From an uncultured Hyphomicrobiales bacterium (GTDB lineage: Bacteria; Bacteroidota; Ignavibacteria; Kapaibacteriales; UBA2268): 24,081 nucleotides of DNA. Location: assembly GCA_964420565.1 (NCBI GenBank), contig CAYQTZ010000002.1:2960-27040 (forward strand). Reading direction: 5' to 3'. Below, one piece after another: positions 1-10,326 of the stretch; within the stretch, counting starts at the first letter, position 1, and every line of letters starts with the position of its first letter. The notes beneath the pieces are model-generated. The model made no database searches. It was given only the letters and a program-made list of their open reading frames with translations, and had not been told where the DNA came from. The position numbers were made by a program, and so were the translations under genes.

Positions 1-54
1 AAAGTAATGCTGGATTTGAGAGTAAAAATTTGTTTAAACAAAAAATGAACTATT

Positions 55-954
55 ATGTATTTGCCATTTGAATATGATGAGCCGGTTTTTAGACCACCCA
101 GCGAGGCAATGTCTGCAATATTTCAGATCACTCACGGGTGTAGCTGGAATGAATGTGCATTTTGCGAGATGTACACTTCCAAGAAATTTAAAGTGAGAAA
201 GATGGAAACTATTGAGAAAGAAATCAGGTCTTATGCTGAGTATGATAACGAAGTCAATAAGGTCTTTCTTGCTGATGGGGACGCAATGGTGCTGTCTGCT
301 GACAAGTTGTTGAAAATACTAAAAATCATTAATACTTATCTGCCAAATGTAAGGCGGATATCTTCTTATGCAACACCGGGAAATTTACTTCGCAAATCTG
401 ATGATGAGCTGAAGCAACTTGCAGATGCGGGTTTGACTATGGTATATGTCGGTATAGAATCTGGTAATGATGAGCTGTTGCATCTTGTTAATAAGGGAGA
501 GACTTACGACACCACTATCAATGGATTAATAAAATGTCAGAATGCCGGGATAAAAACTTCAATTATGATCATTATCGGGCTTGGCGGCGAGCGTTATAGC
601 AAGCAACATGCAGAAGATTCAGCGAAAGCAGTTAATGCTATCCAGCCAGATTTTCTTTCCACTTTGATTCTTAGCTTTCCTTTTGGAGTAAATCATTATA
701 AGGAGAGATTCAAAGGTGAATTCATTCCTTTAGATGTAAAGGGATTGCTTAATGAAATGTATTGTTTTATGGATAATATCAGCGAAGACGATATAAAAAA
801 TCAAATTGTTTTCCGAAGTGACCATGCCTCGAATTACTTAGCTTTGAAAGGATTTTTACCTCGCGATAAGGAACGTTTCCTGAAGAAGTTGTCTTTTGCT
901 ATTAATAAACCAGAGAATGCAAAACTTCGTAAGGAATGGCAGAGAGGTTTATAG
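55..954 (+). CDS. Radical SAM protein, uncharacterised family
   Basis: CxxxCxxC motif (GCSWNECAFC) after FRPPSE, VFLADGDA, YVGIESG, FRSDHASNY motifs. Confidence 0.9.
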   Translation: MYLPFEYDEPVFRPPSEAMSAIFQITHGCSWNECAFCEMYTSKKFKVRKMETIEKEIRSYAEYDNEVNKVFLADGDAMVLSADKLLKILKIINTYLPNVRRISSYATPGNLLRKSDDELKQLADAGLTMVYVGIESGNDELLHLVNKGETYDTTINGLIKCQNAGIKTSIMIIIGLGGERYSKQHAEDSAKAVNAIQPDFLSTLILSFPFGVNHYKERFKGEFIPLDVKGLLNEMYCFMDNISEDDIKNQIVFRSDHASNYLALKGFLPRDKERFLKKLSFAINKPENAKLRKEWQRGL

Positions 955-994
955 TGCTAAATTGTTTGTTATGAAGAAATATGGGCTATTCTAA

Positions 995-3151
995 TTATTT
1001 CTTTCTGATAACCAGTATGTATGCTGTTAGTAATATAGCTGCAATGATATAGTTTGTATTTGCAATGCCCGCTATGGGTAACAAAAGAACAGATGTAACT
1101 ATAGCCCCAAGAGATGCTCCGAAGTAATCAGCGGAAAAGCTTTGTCCTGCGATAGATCTGCTTTCCGAAACGTAATTATCAGAAATTAGTCTGCCTGCCA
1201 CTGGGAATTGCAATCCACCCATTATTGAAATGATTAGTATTAATAATATGAAAATTGCTATTATGAAAAAATCATTGTTCATGCCAGCAAGCTCTTTGAT
1301 TATAATTGGTAAAGCTATGATGTATGCGGTCAGAAAAAGAAGCAGATTGCGGTATAGGACAGCTGTTTCTTTGTTGATGATTTTATTCAATCCTGCCCCC
1401 AGAGCCAGCCCAAGCATGAAAACAGAAAATATTATTGCTATAAATTCATAAGCGAAACCGTAGATCACCTGAAATGAGAATATCAGAATAAATTGGACAG
1501 AGGAAGCTGCAAAACCTCCTGCAAATAAGCCGTAGCTAACTGGATTTGACTTGATGGCAAAAAGGATCAGAGGAATAATGAAAATAATTAGAATAAAAAT
1601 ATCATATTCACCAAAATAGCTTAGCCGATAGTTTATCTCGCTGAAGTATGCAAATGGCTGAAAGTCGCGATTAATCGAAGCTGTACTGTCTAAATTGCTG
1701 ATTATATATTCTGCTCTGCTTTCTGTGGAGATCAGATCGTAATAGTATTGATTAACATAATCATTATCAATATTTTTTTCTATGAGAGAAGGAATAATAT
1801 TATATGTTAATATTTTATCAGATGCCAGAAAATAATTTCTTGAGCCGGGTATTATTATTATGTTTTGAAATACTTTGCTAAGTGTATTAAAAATTACTGA
1901 TTGAGCGAGTGCTTGTTCGCTGCTGAGGTAATTAGCAGTGGCGGGTAGCTGCAAAGATAATACTCCATTTGGAGAAAGGGCATTTTTTGCAAGGAGGAAG
2001 AATTCTTCAGTATAATATCTATTAAGCTGAGCGTTTGAGGGTGAGGGGACATTGATAATGATTGCGTTATAATTATTGAAATGATTTTTCAGGAATCGTC
2101 TGCCATCTGTTCTGTGGATGGATATTCTTTTATCGGATAAGTCAGCTTTAGAGAATTTATGATGATTCAATATTGCTGAGTTGATTTCTGTGTAGTCTAA
2201 TTTTTTGATATTATATTTCAGCACTTCGTCGGTCATTCCGGCAATTCCACCTGAGATCAGCAGCACATTCCGCACGGAGTCAAGTTGAGATAGTGCATAA
2301 TGAATAGACTCTTCGTTTTCAATTACAGAATTAGTAGAAAAAAGCAATGTACCATCTTCGAAAAAGTTGTATTGCTGCTCAGTTTTTGAGATAAGCAATC
2401 TGCCGTAAGGGGTGTCTTCGGTTATCATTATTTCCTGGTCGGGATATAATACCTGAATGGATCTTTCCTTATAAGTAGTTATAAGTATAATTGAAATAAC
2501 TATAATGATGATACCGGTAAGTCGTATTAGTATTTGATGTTTTTCTTTTGTGTTAAGTAAAAAAGCAGCGAAGATATTTAAAAATAATATTACAATCAGT
2601 GCATCGAAAGAATCAAGTATAAGCAAGAATACAAAATAAAAGATAAGTCCGCCTATTGCTCCACCTGTCAGGTCTAAGATGTAAACGGAAGCAGATGCAT
2701 TTTCAGCACGTAGAACTGAGGAATATTGGATTAGTGCTATGCCTGCTGCAAGGCAATAAGGAGCTGTCCATAATAATGAAAAAATGGTTGTTTCGGGTAG
2801 ATCCATCATTACTCCCTGTCCGAAGAACCATGCACGGCTGAAACGTATGCCCAGCACAGAGATTATTGGAAGTAAGGCAAGTAGAAGATGTAAGAATTGT
2901 ATTGATTTTATGCCTGCTTTGCTGCTCAGATATTTACCAATATAAGTACCGACACCGCTTAGCATAAGCCATAGCGAAAGCATGATGCCAAATATAAGTT
3001 CATTGCCATATACAACTGAATAAATCTCCCTAAAGAATAATAACTGGGCAATAATGGAGCTTGCTCCTATGATTATTATATTTGATCGCAGTTTTATCAT
3101 ATTATTTTGAATAATGCTCTTCATTTTTATAATATAATTTTTTATATTCAA
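995..3151 (-). CDS. Multi-pass membrane protein fused to a spermidine-synthase-like SAM-binding domain; true start possibly ATG at 3100
   Basis: Hydrophobic N- and C-terminal TM blocks flank a central domain with TPYGRL, YEESIH-like NEESIHY, VLLISGG, DGRRFL and YTEEFF; LELIVYG-like REIYSVVYGNEL and DYFGASLG membrane motifs. Confidence 0.8.
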   Translation of the reverse strand: MNIKNYIIKMKSIIQNNMIKLRSNIIIIGASSIIAQLLFFREIYSVVYGNELIFGIMLSLWLMLSGVGTYIGKYLSSKAGIKSIQFLHLLLALLPIISVLGIRFSRAWFFGQGVMMDLPETTIFSLLWTAPYCLAAGIALIQYSSVLRAENASASVYILDLTGGAIGGLIFYFVFLLILDSFDALIVILFLNIFAAFLLNTKEKHQILIRLTGIIIIVISIILITTYKERSIQVLYPDQEIMITEDTPYGRLLISKTEQQYNFFEDGTLLFSTNSVIENEESIHYALSQLDSVRNVLLISGGIAGMTDEVLKYNIKKLDYTEINSAILNHHKFSKADLSDKRISIHRTDGRRFLKNHFNNYNAIIINVPSPSNAQLNRYYTEEFFLLAKNALSPNGVLSLQLPATANYLSSEQALAQSVIFNTLSKVFQNIIIIPGSRNYFLASDKILTYNIIPSLIEKNIDNDYVNQYYYDLISTESRAEYIISNLDSTASINRDFQPFAYFSEINYRLSYFGEYDIFILIIFIIPLILFAIKSNPVSYGLFAGGFAASSVQFILIFSFQVIYGFAYEFIAIIFSVFMLGLALGAGLNKIINKETAVLYRNLLLFLTAYIIALPIIIKELAGMNNDFFIIAIFILLILIISIMGGLQFPVAGRLISDNYVSESRSIAGQSFSADYFGASLGAIVTSVLLLPIAGIANTNYIIAAILLTAYILVIRKK

Positions 3152-3190
3152 TTAATCAAGATTATGTAAAACATTTTTTGGGAAATAATA

Positions 3191-4492
3191 ATGTATGGAT
3201 CTGAATACGAGACAAAGCTTACCACGCCAGAGATAGCGGCAGAGATGATAAATGATGGCGATTCGATAATTCACGGGATGGCAATAGGCGAGCCACCAGC
3301 GCTCTTAGAAGCTATAGCTAAACGACTGCGTGCGGATGATCTCGATAAGATTCGTGTTTATTCGCTGTTGCCTTTGGATCATATGCAGAATACTTTACTT
3401 ATGCCAGATATTGCAGATAAGGTTTACCCATATACATGGTTCGTTAGCGGACACGATAGGGGATTAGTGCATATCGGCTTGGATCAGTTCATTCCCAATC
3501 ATTTTCACGAAGTGCCAAAATTGATAGAAGATCATATTGATCTGGATGTGGTGATAACAACAGTTTCACCTATGGATAGGGCGGGGTACTTTACTTTTGG
3601 GGCTATCAATGATTATATCAGCACTGCTGCCCGCCACGCAAAAAAGCTGATAGTGGAAGTCAATCCAAATATGCCTCGTGTATTCGGTGATTCTTTATTA
3701 CATATTTCTGAAGTGGATGCAGTAGTTGAGTTTGAGACACCTCTCCTTGAGTTCAAGGTGGCTAAAGCAAAACCTGAAGCTAATATTATTGGGAAATATA
3801 TTTCTGATATGATACCAAATGGAGCAACTATTCAACTTGGGATAGGAGCTATACCCGATGCAGTAGCTGGCTTGCTTTCAGACCACAAAGACCTTGGTGT
3901 GCATTCTGAACTTTTATCGAACGGAATGCTGGGCTTGATCAAGAAAGGAGTAATTAACGGCAGTAAAAAGAATCTGCATCCCCGAAAGAATGTCTTTGCA
4001 AATGCTCTTGGCGATAGGGATTTATATGAGTTTATTAATGACAATCCGTCTATGGAAAGTTACCCCGTGTCTTACATAAACGATCCTGATATAATTGCAA
4101 TAAATGATAACATGATTTCGATCAATTCTACTATCGAGGTGGATCTGTTCGGTCAGTGCAATTCTGAATATCTTGGGGATCAGCAGTTCAGTGGCACTGG
4201 CGGTCAGCTTGACTTTGTTCGAGGAGCTTATAAATCAAACGGGGGCAAATCTTTTATCGCATTTTATTCTACAACGCAAGGTGGGAAAGTCTCGAGAATA
4301 GTGCCGAAGCTTCACAGCGGCACTGTGATTACTACTCCGCGTATGGATACTCATTATCTCGTAACAGAATATGGTATTACTGATCTGAAGGGAAAATCCG
4401 TCAGGGAGAGGGCATTAGCGATAATCCAGCTTGCTCATCCTGATTTTCGGGAGGATCTGCTATTAGAGGCTGAGACTATGAAGTTGATGTAA
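3191..4492 (+). CDS. Acetyl-CoA hydrolase/transferase family protein (4-hydroxybutyrate CoA-transferase-like)
   Basis: TIQLGIGAIP, HSE (catalytic Glu position), GTGGQLDFVRGA, VTEYGI and IAHPDFR-like LAHPDFRE motifs. Confidence 0.92.
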   Translation: MYGSEYETKLTTPEIAAEMINDGDSIIHGMAIGEPPALLEAIAKRLRADDLDKIRVYSLLPLDHMQNTLLMPDIADKVYPYTWFVSGHDRGLVHIGLDQFIPNHFHEVPKLIEDHIDLDVVITTVSPMDRAGYFTFGAINDYISTAARHAKKLIVEVNPNMPRVFGDSLLHISEVDAVVEFETPLLEFKVAKAKPEANIIGKYISDMIPNGATIQLGIGAIPDAVAGLLSDHKDLGVHSELLSNGMLGLIKKGVINGSKKNLHPRKNVFANALGDRDLYEFINDNPSMESYPVSYINDPDIIAINDNMISINSTIEVDLFGQCNSEYLGDQQFSGTGGQLDFVRGAYKSNGGKSFIAFYSTTQGGKVSRIVPKLHSGTVITTPRMDTHYLVTEYGITDLKGKSVRERALAIIQLAHPDFREDLLLEAETMKLM

Positions 4493-4701
4493 GGATATGC
4501 TCTGATATATTGAAGAAGTATTTTTGTAGAATTTTCAATAGTGAGGTGTTCGGCGAAGGGCTTGCGTAAGCGTAAGATAAATGATTACAGTAATTTACGA
4601 TTATTTGGGAATAAAATTTGAATTGATAATAAGAATAGTGCTTATAATTCATTAATTTGCAAAAAATAGAATTACGATAAATAGATTTGTTAGGAGATGA
4701 T

Positions 4702-5787
4702 ATGCAAATAGGTATAGTTGGACTGCCGTATTCAGGCAAAACGACATTTTTTCAGACGTTGACCGAGACTCAGCTTGATCCAGAAGCTCTTCAAAAGCGA
4801 GATTCGAATCAGGCAGTAATTAAGGTTGTGGATAACAGGCTTGATGAGTTAACAGCAATTTTTAATCCCAAAAAGAAAGTGAATGCCACAATTGAAATAG
4901 TTGACCTTGTCGGGTTGCAAAAAGGGGACCACAGTTCGCAGACCTTTACTACAAATTTTATGGCTAAAGTAAAGACTAATGATGCACTTATCCATGTTGT
5001 GCGTGGTTTTGGCGATGAAGCTGTTCCTCATGTGGATGGTAGTATTGATATAGTTAGAGATATACGTACTCTTGAGGAGGAATTCCTTTTTGCTGATATG
5101 TCTTTTGTAGAGAACCGTTTCGAGAAGATTGAAAAAGATATGAAGAAACCCAAGGCAAAGGATATAGCAATTAAAGAGAAAGTAATTATGGAAAAATGGA
5201 ATGATGCTTTGCAAAATGAGATTCCTTTGCGACAGTTAGAAATGAACGACGAAGGAAAGCATTATGTTAAAAACTATCAACCGCTTACAGCAAAACCTGT
5301 GTTGATTGCTCTGAACCTTGACGAGGGCGATATAGCTAATGCTGACAAAATTGTGGAGGAAGTAAAAAGTAAACTTGATATGAAGAATGTAAAGATTGAG
5401 CCATTTTTTGCTAAGATTGAAATGGAATTAATGAACTTGCCGCCAGATGAAAAAGCGGTCTTCATGGAAGATTACGGCTTAAAGGAATCTGCTCTTTCAC
5501 GCCTTATACGCAGCGCTTATGACCTGCTCGGGCTTCAATCTTTCTTTACAGTGGGCGAGGACGAATGTCGGGCATGGACTATCAAAAAAGGCGATAATGC
5601 TCAACAAGCCGCTGGTACGATACATACTGACTTTTTCAATAAATTCATTCGGGCAGAAGTTGTAGCTTATGATGAATTTATTAAAAATGGCTCATTTGCC
5701 AAATGCAAAGAGCAAGGAGTATTTCGCTTAGAAGGCAAGGAGTATGTAGTTCAGAACGGAGACATTCTTCACGTAAGGCACGGATAG
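4702..5787 (+). CDS. ychF: Redox-regulated ATPase YchF (Obg family)
   Basis: GIVGLPYSGKTT P-loop, DLVG, HVVRGF, C-terminal TGS domain (AAGTIHTDF, FIRAEV, EGKEYVVQNGD); AGGAG SD at 4692-4696 favours ATG 4702 over TTG 4687. Confidence 0.97.
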   Translation: MQIGIVGLPYSGKTTFFQTLTETQLDPEALQKRDSNQAVIKVVDNRLDELTAIFNPKKKVNATIEIVDLVGLQKGDHSSQTFTTNFMAKVKTNDALIHVVRGFGDEAVPHVDGSIDIVRDIRTLEEEFLFADMSFVENRFEKIEKDMKKPKAKDIAIKEKVIMEKWNDALQNEIPLRQLEMNDEGKHYVKNYQPLTAKPVLIALNLDEGDIANADKIVEEVKSKLDMKNVKIEPFFAKIEMELMNLPPDEKAVFMEDYGLKESALSRLIRSAYDLLGLQSFFTVGEDECRAWTIKKGDNAQQAAGTIHTDFFNKFIRAEVVAYDEFIKNGSFAKCKEQGVFRLEGKEYVVQNGDILHVRHG

Positions 5788-5896
5788 ATTACCAAAGAAT
5801 ATATTTTTATGATTTCAAATATTTTATAATATTAACTCCCGACATCGGGTTTTAATTATTTCAGGGGTCTGTGTGATGGTCCTGAAGAGTATATTA

Positions 5897-7198
5897 TCAC
5901 TGAATAATTAGCTTCAAAGAATTACGTTTGATGCCATTTGAAATATTAACGACATACATCCCCTTTGGATAATTGGCAATATTGATCTCGATAGTATCTT
6001 CATATTGTGTTTCTAATCTATGCTGCAATATGCCATCGCTCGAGAATACTTCTACATAAAGAATTTGGGAAAATGGAATATTATGATTCAGATATGCTAC
6101 GTTATCTGTCGGATTAGGGAATATGTAACTATCATTATAATACGCAGTTTCTTTTACTGAGGAATATGGGTCCTCAATCTTAGTTACCCCAATCTCGTGG
6201 GCAACCCATACATTTCCATATTTATCAAAGTCCAGATCAGAACATTTATTGCTCAATAGTCCATCATCTTCGGTAAATTGCTTTAATTTATCATCTTTGA
6301 GAAAGAACACTCCATTACCGCAAACAAACCATAGTACGCCATTATTGTCATATTTCATTTCCTTGACTTTTTCGTATAGCAATGCAGAAAGATCAACATC
6401 CATTCTAATCCATTCGCTATCATCATAAAAATATAACTTGTGAATTCTTTCATTTGTATAATAATAATATAATACCAGATTGTTTTCATATATTGCTAAA
6501 TTTATAGTAAAGTAAAATGGATTTATATTTTTCACATCAACAGGCATATTTATATTTTCAAATTTATTTCCATCATATTTTGTTAATAAAACATTATTGG
6601 GATCTCTGAATATTTCAATGAGATAAAGATTACCCTCTTCGTCTTTTATATTGTCGAGAATAGTTTTTTCATAGCGACCAGCATCGTTTAGTGTAGAATG
6701 CTTTCTATAATCACGTATTACATTTACTATTTTGGTTTGCATATCAAACTCATATAAACGAGTATGAAAATTTGAAGCGAAGTCAGTTATATATTCGCTC
6801 TCTTTGCTGGAAAAAACAAGTTTATTATTTTTATCAAACATTAGATTTTCTTGGGTAGTAATTGATGGCTTAAGCCATTTCCATTGATCATTCTTATAAT
6901 AAAATATTAGTGATGGAGTATTAACAAATACACTTCCTTCGGGTCCACTTACAATACAATTTAAAACAAATTGGTATTCGCCTAATTCTATTCCTTCCCA
7001 TGAATGACCATCATATTTGAATAAAGCAAGATCATATTTTAATTCAAATCCATTATCTCCTCCGTACCAGATATTATTTTCCTGATCACAATGAATATAA
7101 TGGCAATTTTGCGGATATGTAAAAGTAGTGAATTTCTGTGAAATCAAAACATTTGAAAATGCAATGATCAGGATCAAGGTCAGGTTTACTATTTTCAT
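5897..7198 (-). CDS. Secreted beta-propeller protein with a C-terminal T9SS type A sorting domain
   Basis: Signal peptide; Reg_prop-like motif FTEDDGLLSNKCSDLDFDKYGNVWVA; CTD IFPNPT...GMYVVNI...KLIIQ. Confidence 0.8.
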   Translation of the reverse strand: MKIVNLTLILIIAFSNVLISQKFTTFTYPQNCHYIHCDQENNIWYGGDNGFELKYDLALFKYDGHSWEGIELGEYQFVLNCIVSGPEGSVFVNTPSLIFYYKNDQWKWLKPSITTQENLMFDKNNKLVFSSKESEYITDFASNFHTRLYEFDMQTKIVNVIRDYRKHSTLNDAGRYEKTILDNIKDEEGNLYLIEIFRDPNNVLLTKYDGNKFENINMPVDVKNINPFYFTINLAIYENNLVLYYYYTNERIHKLYFYDDSEWIRMDVDLSALLYEKVKEMKYDNNGVLWFVCGNGVFFLKDDKLKQFTEDDGLLSNKCSDLDFDKYGNVWVAHEIGVTKIEDPYSSVKETAYYNDSYIFPNPTDNVAYLNHNIPFSQILYVEVFSSDGILQHRLETQYEDTIEINIANYPKGMYVVNISNGIKRNSLKLIIQ

Positions 7199-7303
7199 TT
7201 TTTATCCTGGAAATAAATGTAATACTAACTCATATTTAATACAACACAAAAAGTAAAAGAAGGTTGCAAAAAAAGACTCATAGCTTTGGACCATTGCATG
7301 ACG

Positions 7304-7336
7304 AAGCCCCCTTATTCTAAAAGAATAAAGGGGCTT
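7304..7336. terminator. Stem-loop (terminator or REP-like) just downstream of oadB
   Basis: aagcccc-c-ttattct-aaa-agaataa-a-ggggctt: 14 paired bases with one internal mismatch, 11 bp after the oadB stop. Confidence 0.55.
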
Positions 7337-7347
7337 GAAGGGTAATT

Positions 7348-8475
7348 TCATCTAAGTAATGTGAGGAATATACCAGCGGTAACGGCTGAGCCAATAACGC
7401 CAGCTACATTAGGCCCCATCGCAGGCATGATCGGATTAACTCTGCCGTCAGTTTCATCTGAAACAAATTTCTGGACTACTCGCGCAGCCATAGGTACAGC
7501 CGAGACTCCGGCAGCTCCAATGCAGGGATTTATCTTCTTTCCTTTTGGCAGGAAGATGTTCAGTATCTTGGCAAATAACAGACCACCAAAAGTAGAAAAA
7601 GAAAACGCTATGGCGCCAAGTATCAGTATTCCGATAGTTTGTAATGTCAGGAATTGATCGCCTACCATAGTGGCTCCAACGACTAAACCTAAAAATATGG
7701 TAACAATATCAACCATTGGTCCGCCGGCTGTTTTCTTTAATCTGTCAGTTACGCCTGATTCGCGTATTAAATTACCAAACATAAGCATGCCGATAAGCGG
7801 AGCTGAAGAAGGTATAGCCAAAGAAGCGATGATACCAGTAATTATCGGGAAAAGCACTATTGCTGTTTTCGATATCGGTCTTCCTTGTGGCATATCTATT
7901 GCCCTTTCCTTTTTCGTGGTCATCAATCTTATGATCGGCGGTTGAATGATAGGCACCAGCGACATATAGCTGTAGGCTGCTACGGCTATTGGTCCGAGAA
8001 GTTCGGGAGCTAATTGGCTTGCCAGAAATATTGACGTTGGTCCGTCAGCACCACCGATAATACCAATGGATGCGGCTTCCTGTGGAGAGAATCCAAATAA
8101 ATAGAAAGCCCCGAGAGCAGCTATGAATATGCCAAGCTGTGCTGCGGCTCCCAGCAAAAATGTTATGGGTCTGCTTAGCAATGGTCTGAAATCTGTTAAT
8201 ACGCCCACACCGAGAAATATCAGCGGAGGCAGAAGTTCTGTTTTTATTCCGGCATCATATATGACTTGAATGATACCCCCTCCATCAGCAGACATAGCTG
8301 ATAAAGGAAGATTGGCAAGTATTGCCCCAAAGCTGATAGGTATTAGCAACAGGGGTTCGTACTTTTTAGTTATAGCCAGATAAATGAGTATGCCTGCTAC
8401 AACAAACATAACCCAATTATACCAGCATAAATTAGCAAATCCGGAATAATACCAAATATCTATTAGTTTATCCAT
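7348..8475 (-). CDS. oadB: Sodium-translocating decarboxylase beta subunit
   Basis: YEPLLLIPISFG, LLGAAAQLG, IGIIGGADGPTSI, AYSYMSLVPIIQPP, GAAGVSAVPMAARV, AMGPNVAGVIGS. Confidence 0.96.
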   Translation of the reverse strand: MDKLIDIWYYSGFANLCWYNWVMFVVAGILIYLAITKKYEPLLLIPISFGAILANLPLSAMSADGGGIIQVIYDAGIKTELLPPLIFLGVGVLTDFRPLLSRPITFLLGAAAQLGIFIAALGAFYLFGFSPQEAASIGIIGGADGPTSIFLASQLAPELLGPIAVAAYSYMSLVPIIQPPIIRLMTTKKERAIDMPQGRPISKTAIVLFPIITGIIASLAIPSSAPLIGMLMFGNLIRESGVTDRLKKTAGGPMVDIVTIFLGLVVGATMVGDQFLTLQTIGILILGAIAFSFSTFGGLLFAKILNIFLPKGKKINPCIGAAGVSAVPMAARVVQKFVSDETDGRVNPIMPAMGPNVAGVIGSAVTAGIFLTLLR

Positions 8476-8484
8476 TATTTCGCC

Positions 8485-10326
8485 TTATTGTTTTAAAGTC
8501 AAAATCGGTTTTGATGAATCTATTTCGTCGCCTATTCTTACATCTATTGATGCCACTATGCCATCGAGAGGAGATTTTATGTCGTGTTCGGCTTTCATTG
8601 CTTCTACGATAGCCACAATCTGACCTTTGCTTACCTGATCGCCAACTTTTACTTTTATATCAGCAATTTCAACGGAGCCAGCAAATGTAGATCTTACAGG
8701 GAAAGTTGTACCTGATGTCTGTTTATCCTGTGGTTCGGCTGTCTTAGCAGATGTACTGCCAATAGGCTCTACCGTAACAGTAAATATGCGGGCTTTCCCA
8801 TTTTCTTCGACTACGCATTTTGATTTCACAGTGCTGAGTAGCTGAGGAGCTGCAGCTGTCGCTGTTTCTTGCTTTGATTCCTCTTTTGGCACTTCTTTTT
8901 TCTTTAAAGGAATGTCGAGTTTGCCTTTACCTGTTAATAATCTGATACCTTCGTTGGCTTCCATTTTTTTTGTTGGGGTCATTGCCGAGACAACAAGAAA
9001 AGTATTTTTATCGTTTACTTCAAGACCTCTTTCCCTGAGAGCTTCCTTAGCAGGAGCAATATTCTTAGGTGCCACTTCTAATGGATCTGCTTCTGTCGGC
9101 GGCATATTTAATTGTTTTGCGGCTATTTCTACGACTTTAGGATCTGGTGGTAAAGGAGTCTTGCCGAAATATCCGAGGACTGCTCTGCCGTATCCTGCTT
9201 CAATTTTTTCCCATCTACCGTACATAACGTTATTGAATGCCTGAAGCCAATATTGCTGGCTGCCTGGCGTAACGCTTGTCCATGCACCGCCTGCCTCTAC
9301 TACTATCGGAAACTCTGCGAGCACATCGCTGTATTTATCGAGTATACCTGCTTTTACCATCATGTGGACATTTGGCCCTATAGCACCGCCTGGCATTGGG
9401 AAACCAAGAACACGAGCATCGGCTGTGGTTGTGGTTGGATTAAAATCATAATCTTTCATTCCTTCGTTTAAAAGATTTTCTATATCATGCATTGCCTCGG
9501 GTTTTACATCTAAAGAGTAGCCAGTGCCCTTCAAAGCATGAGCCATCGAACGCACATCTGGCTGAACTGTGCCGCTTGCCATTGGGCGAACGGATAGGTC
9601 TATGCCATCTACGCCAGCTTCTATACCCGCCATATAGCAAGCAACTGCCATTGATGCTGTGTCGTGTGTGTGTTGCCATAATGGCATTTCGGGAGGCATT
9701 AGTTTTTTCAGCCCGATGCATGTGTCGTAGATTGTTTTGGGGTCTGTAGTGCCGCTGGCATCTTTCAGACAAATACTATCTATCTGGACATCACTTTCTA
9801 ATAACTGTTTGCCTATATTTATATAGAATTCTGCTGTATGCACTTTATCAGATTTAAAAGGAAGCCCCATTAATGCGATACATACCTGATGGTGCATCCC
9901 GGCGTCAACTATTGGCTTGCCTGTCTTGATAAGATTTCTTACATCATTCATATAATCAAAATTTCTATCCCAAGTGGTACCGTATTGAGCCATTAGCTTA
10001 GCTTGTAGAGTTAATGCCTCTAAGGATTGAGTAGTAAGCGTAACGCCGGATACTGATCGGGTAAGAATTTGGTAATCAAGATCTTTGCCTGCGGCTTCTT
10101 TGAATTTCATCATAGTCTCGAATGGATCTTCCTGCAGATAAAAGAATGGAGCCTGGTAGCGTGCACCACCGCCAAACTCGAAATGACGGATCCCTGCCTT
10201 AGCCGATGCTTCGAGAGCTGGCTTGAAATCCTCGAACCGCACTTTCCCTCCGAAAGAACTCTGCAAACCGTCGCGAAATGGGGTAAACATCACCCGAATA
10301 TTTTTTGGTTTTTGGGTAAAGATCAT
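8485..10326 (-). CDS. oadA: Carboxyltransferase plus biotin carrier: oxaloacetate decarboxylase alpha / PycB-like subunit
   Basis: FRDGLQS, CLKDASG, HTHDT, VTPGSQ; Ala/Pro-rich linker; biotinyl motif EAMKA; lies between gamma-like and beta genes. Confidence 0.85.
   Translation of the reverse strand: MIFTQKPKNIRVMFTPFRDGLQSSFGGKVRFEDFKPALEASAKAGIRHFEFGGGARYQAPFFYLQEDPFETMMKFKEAAGKDLDYQILTRSVSGVTLTTQSLEALTLQAKLMAQYGTTWDRNFDYMNDVRNLIKTGKPIVDAGMHHQVCIALMGLPFKSDKVHTAEFYINIGKQLLESDVQIDSICLKDASGTTDPKTIYDTCIGLKKLMPPEMPLWQHTHDTASMAVACYMAGIEAGVDGIDLSVRPMASGTVQPDVRSMAHALKGTGYSLDVKPEAMHDIENLLNEGMKDYDFNPTTTTADARVLGFPMPGGAIGPNVHMMVKAGILDKYSDVLAEFPIVVEAGGAWTSVTPGSQQYWLQAFNNVMYGRWEKIEAGYGRAVLGYFGKTPLPPDPKVVEIAAKQLNMPPTEADPLEVAPKNIAPAKEALRERGLEVNDKNTFLVVSAMTPTKKMEANEGIRLLTGKGKLDIPLKKKEVPKEESKQETATAAAPQLLSTVKSKCVVEENGKARIFTVTVEPIGSTSAKTAEPQDKQTSGTTFPVRSTFAGSVEIADIKVKVGDQVSKGQIVAIVEAMKAEHDIKSPLDGIVASIDVRIGDEIDSSKPILTLKQ

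Noticed and set aside
4561-4576. cttgcgtaagcgtaag imperfect hairpin between the CoA-transferase gene and ychF
   Set aside because: Short, no T-tract, single occurrence; insufficient support.
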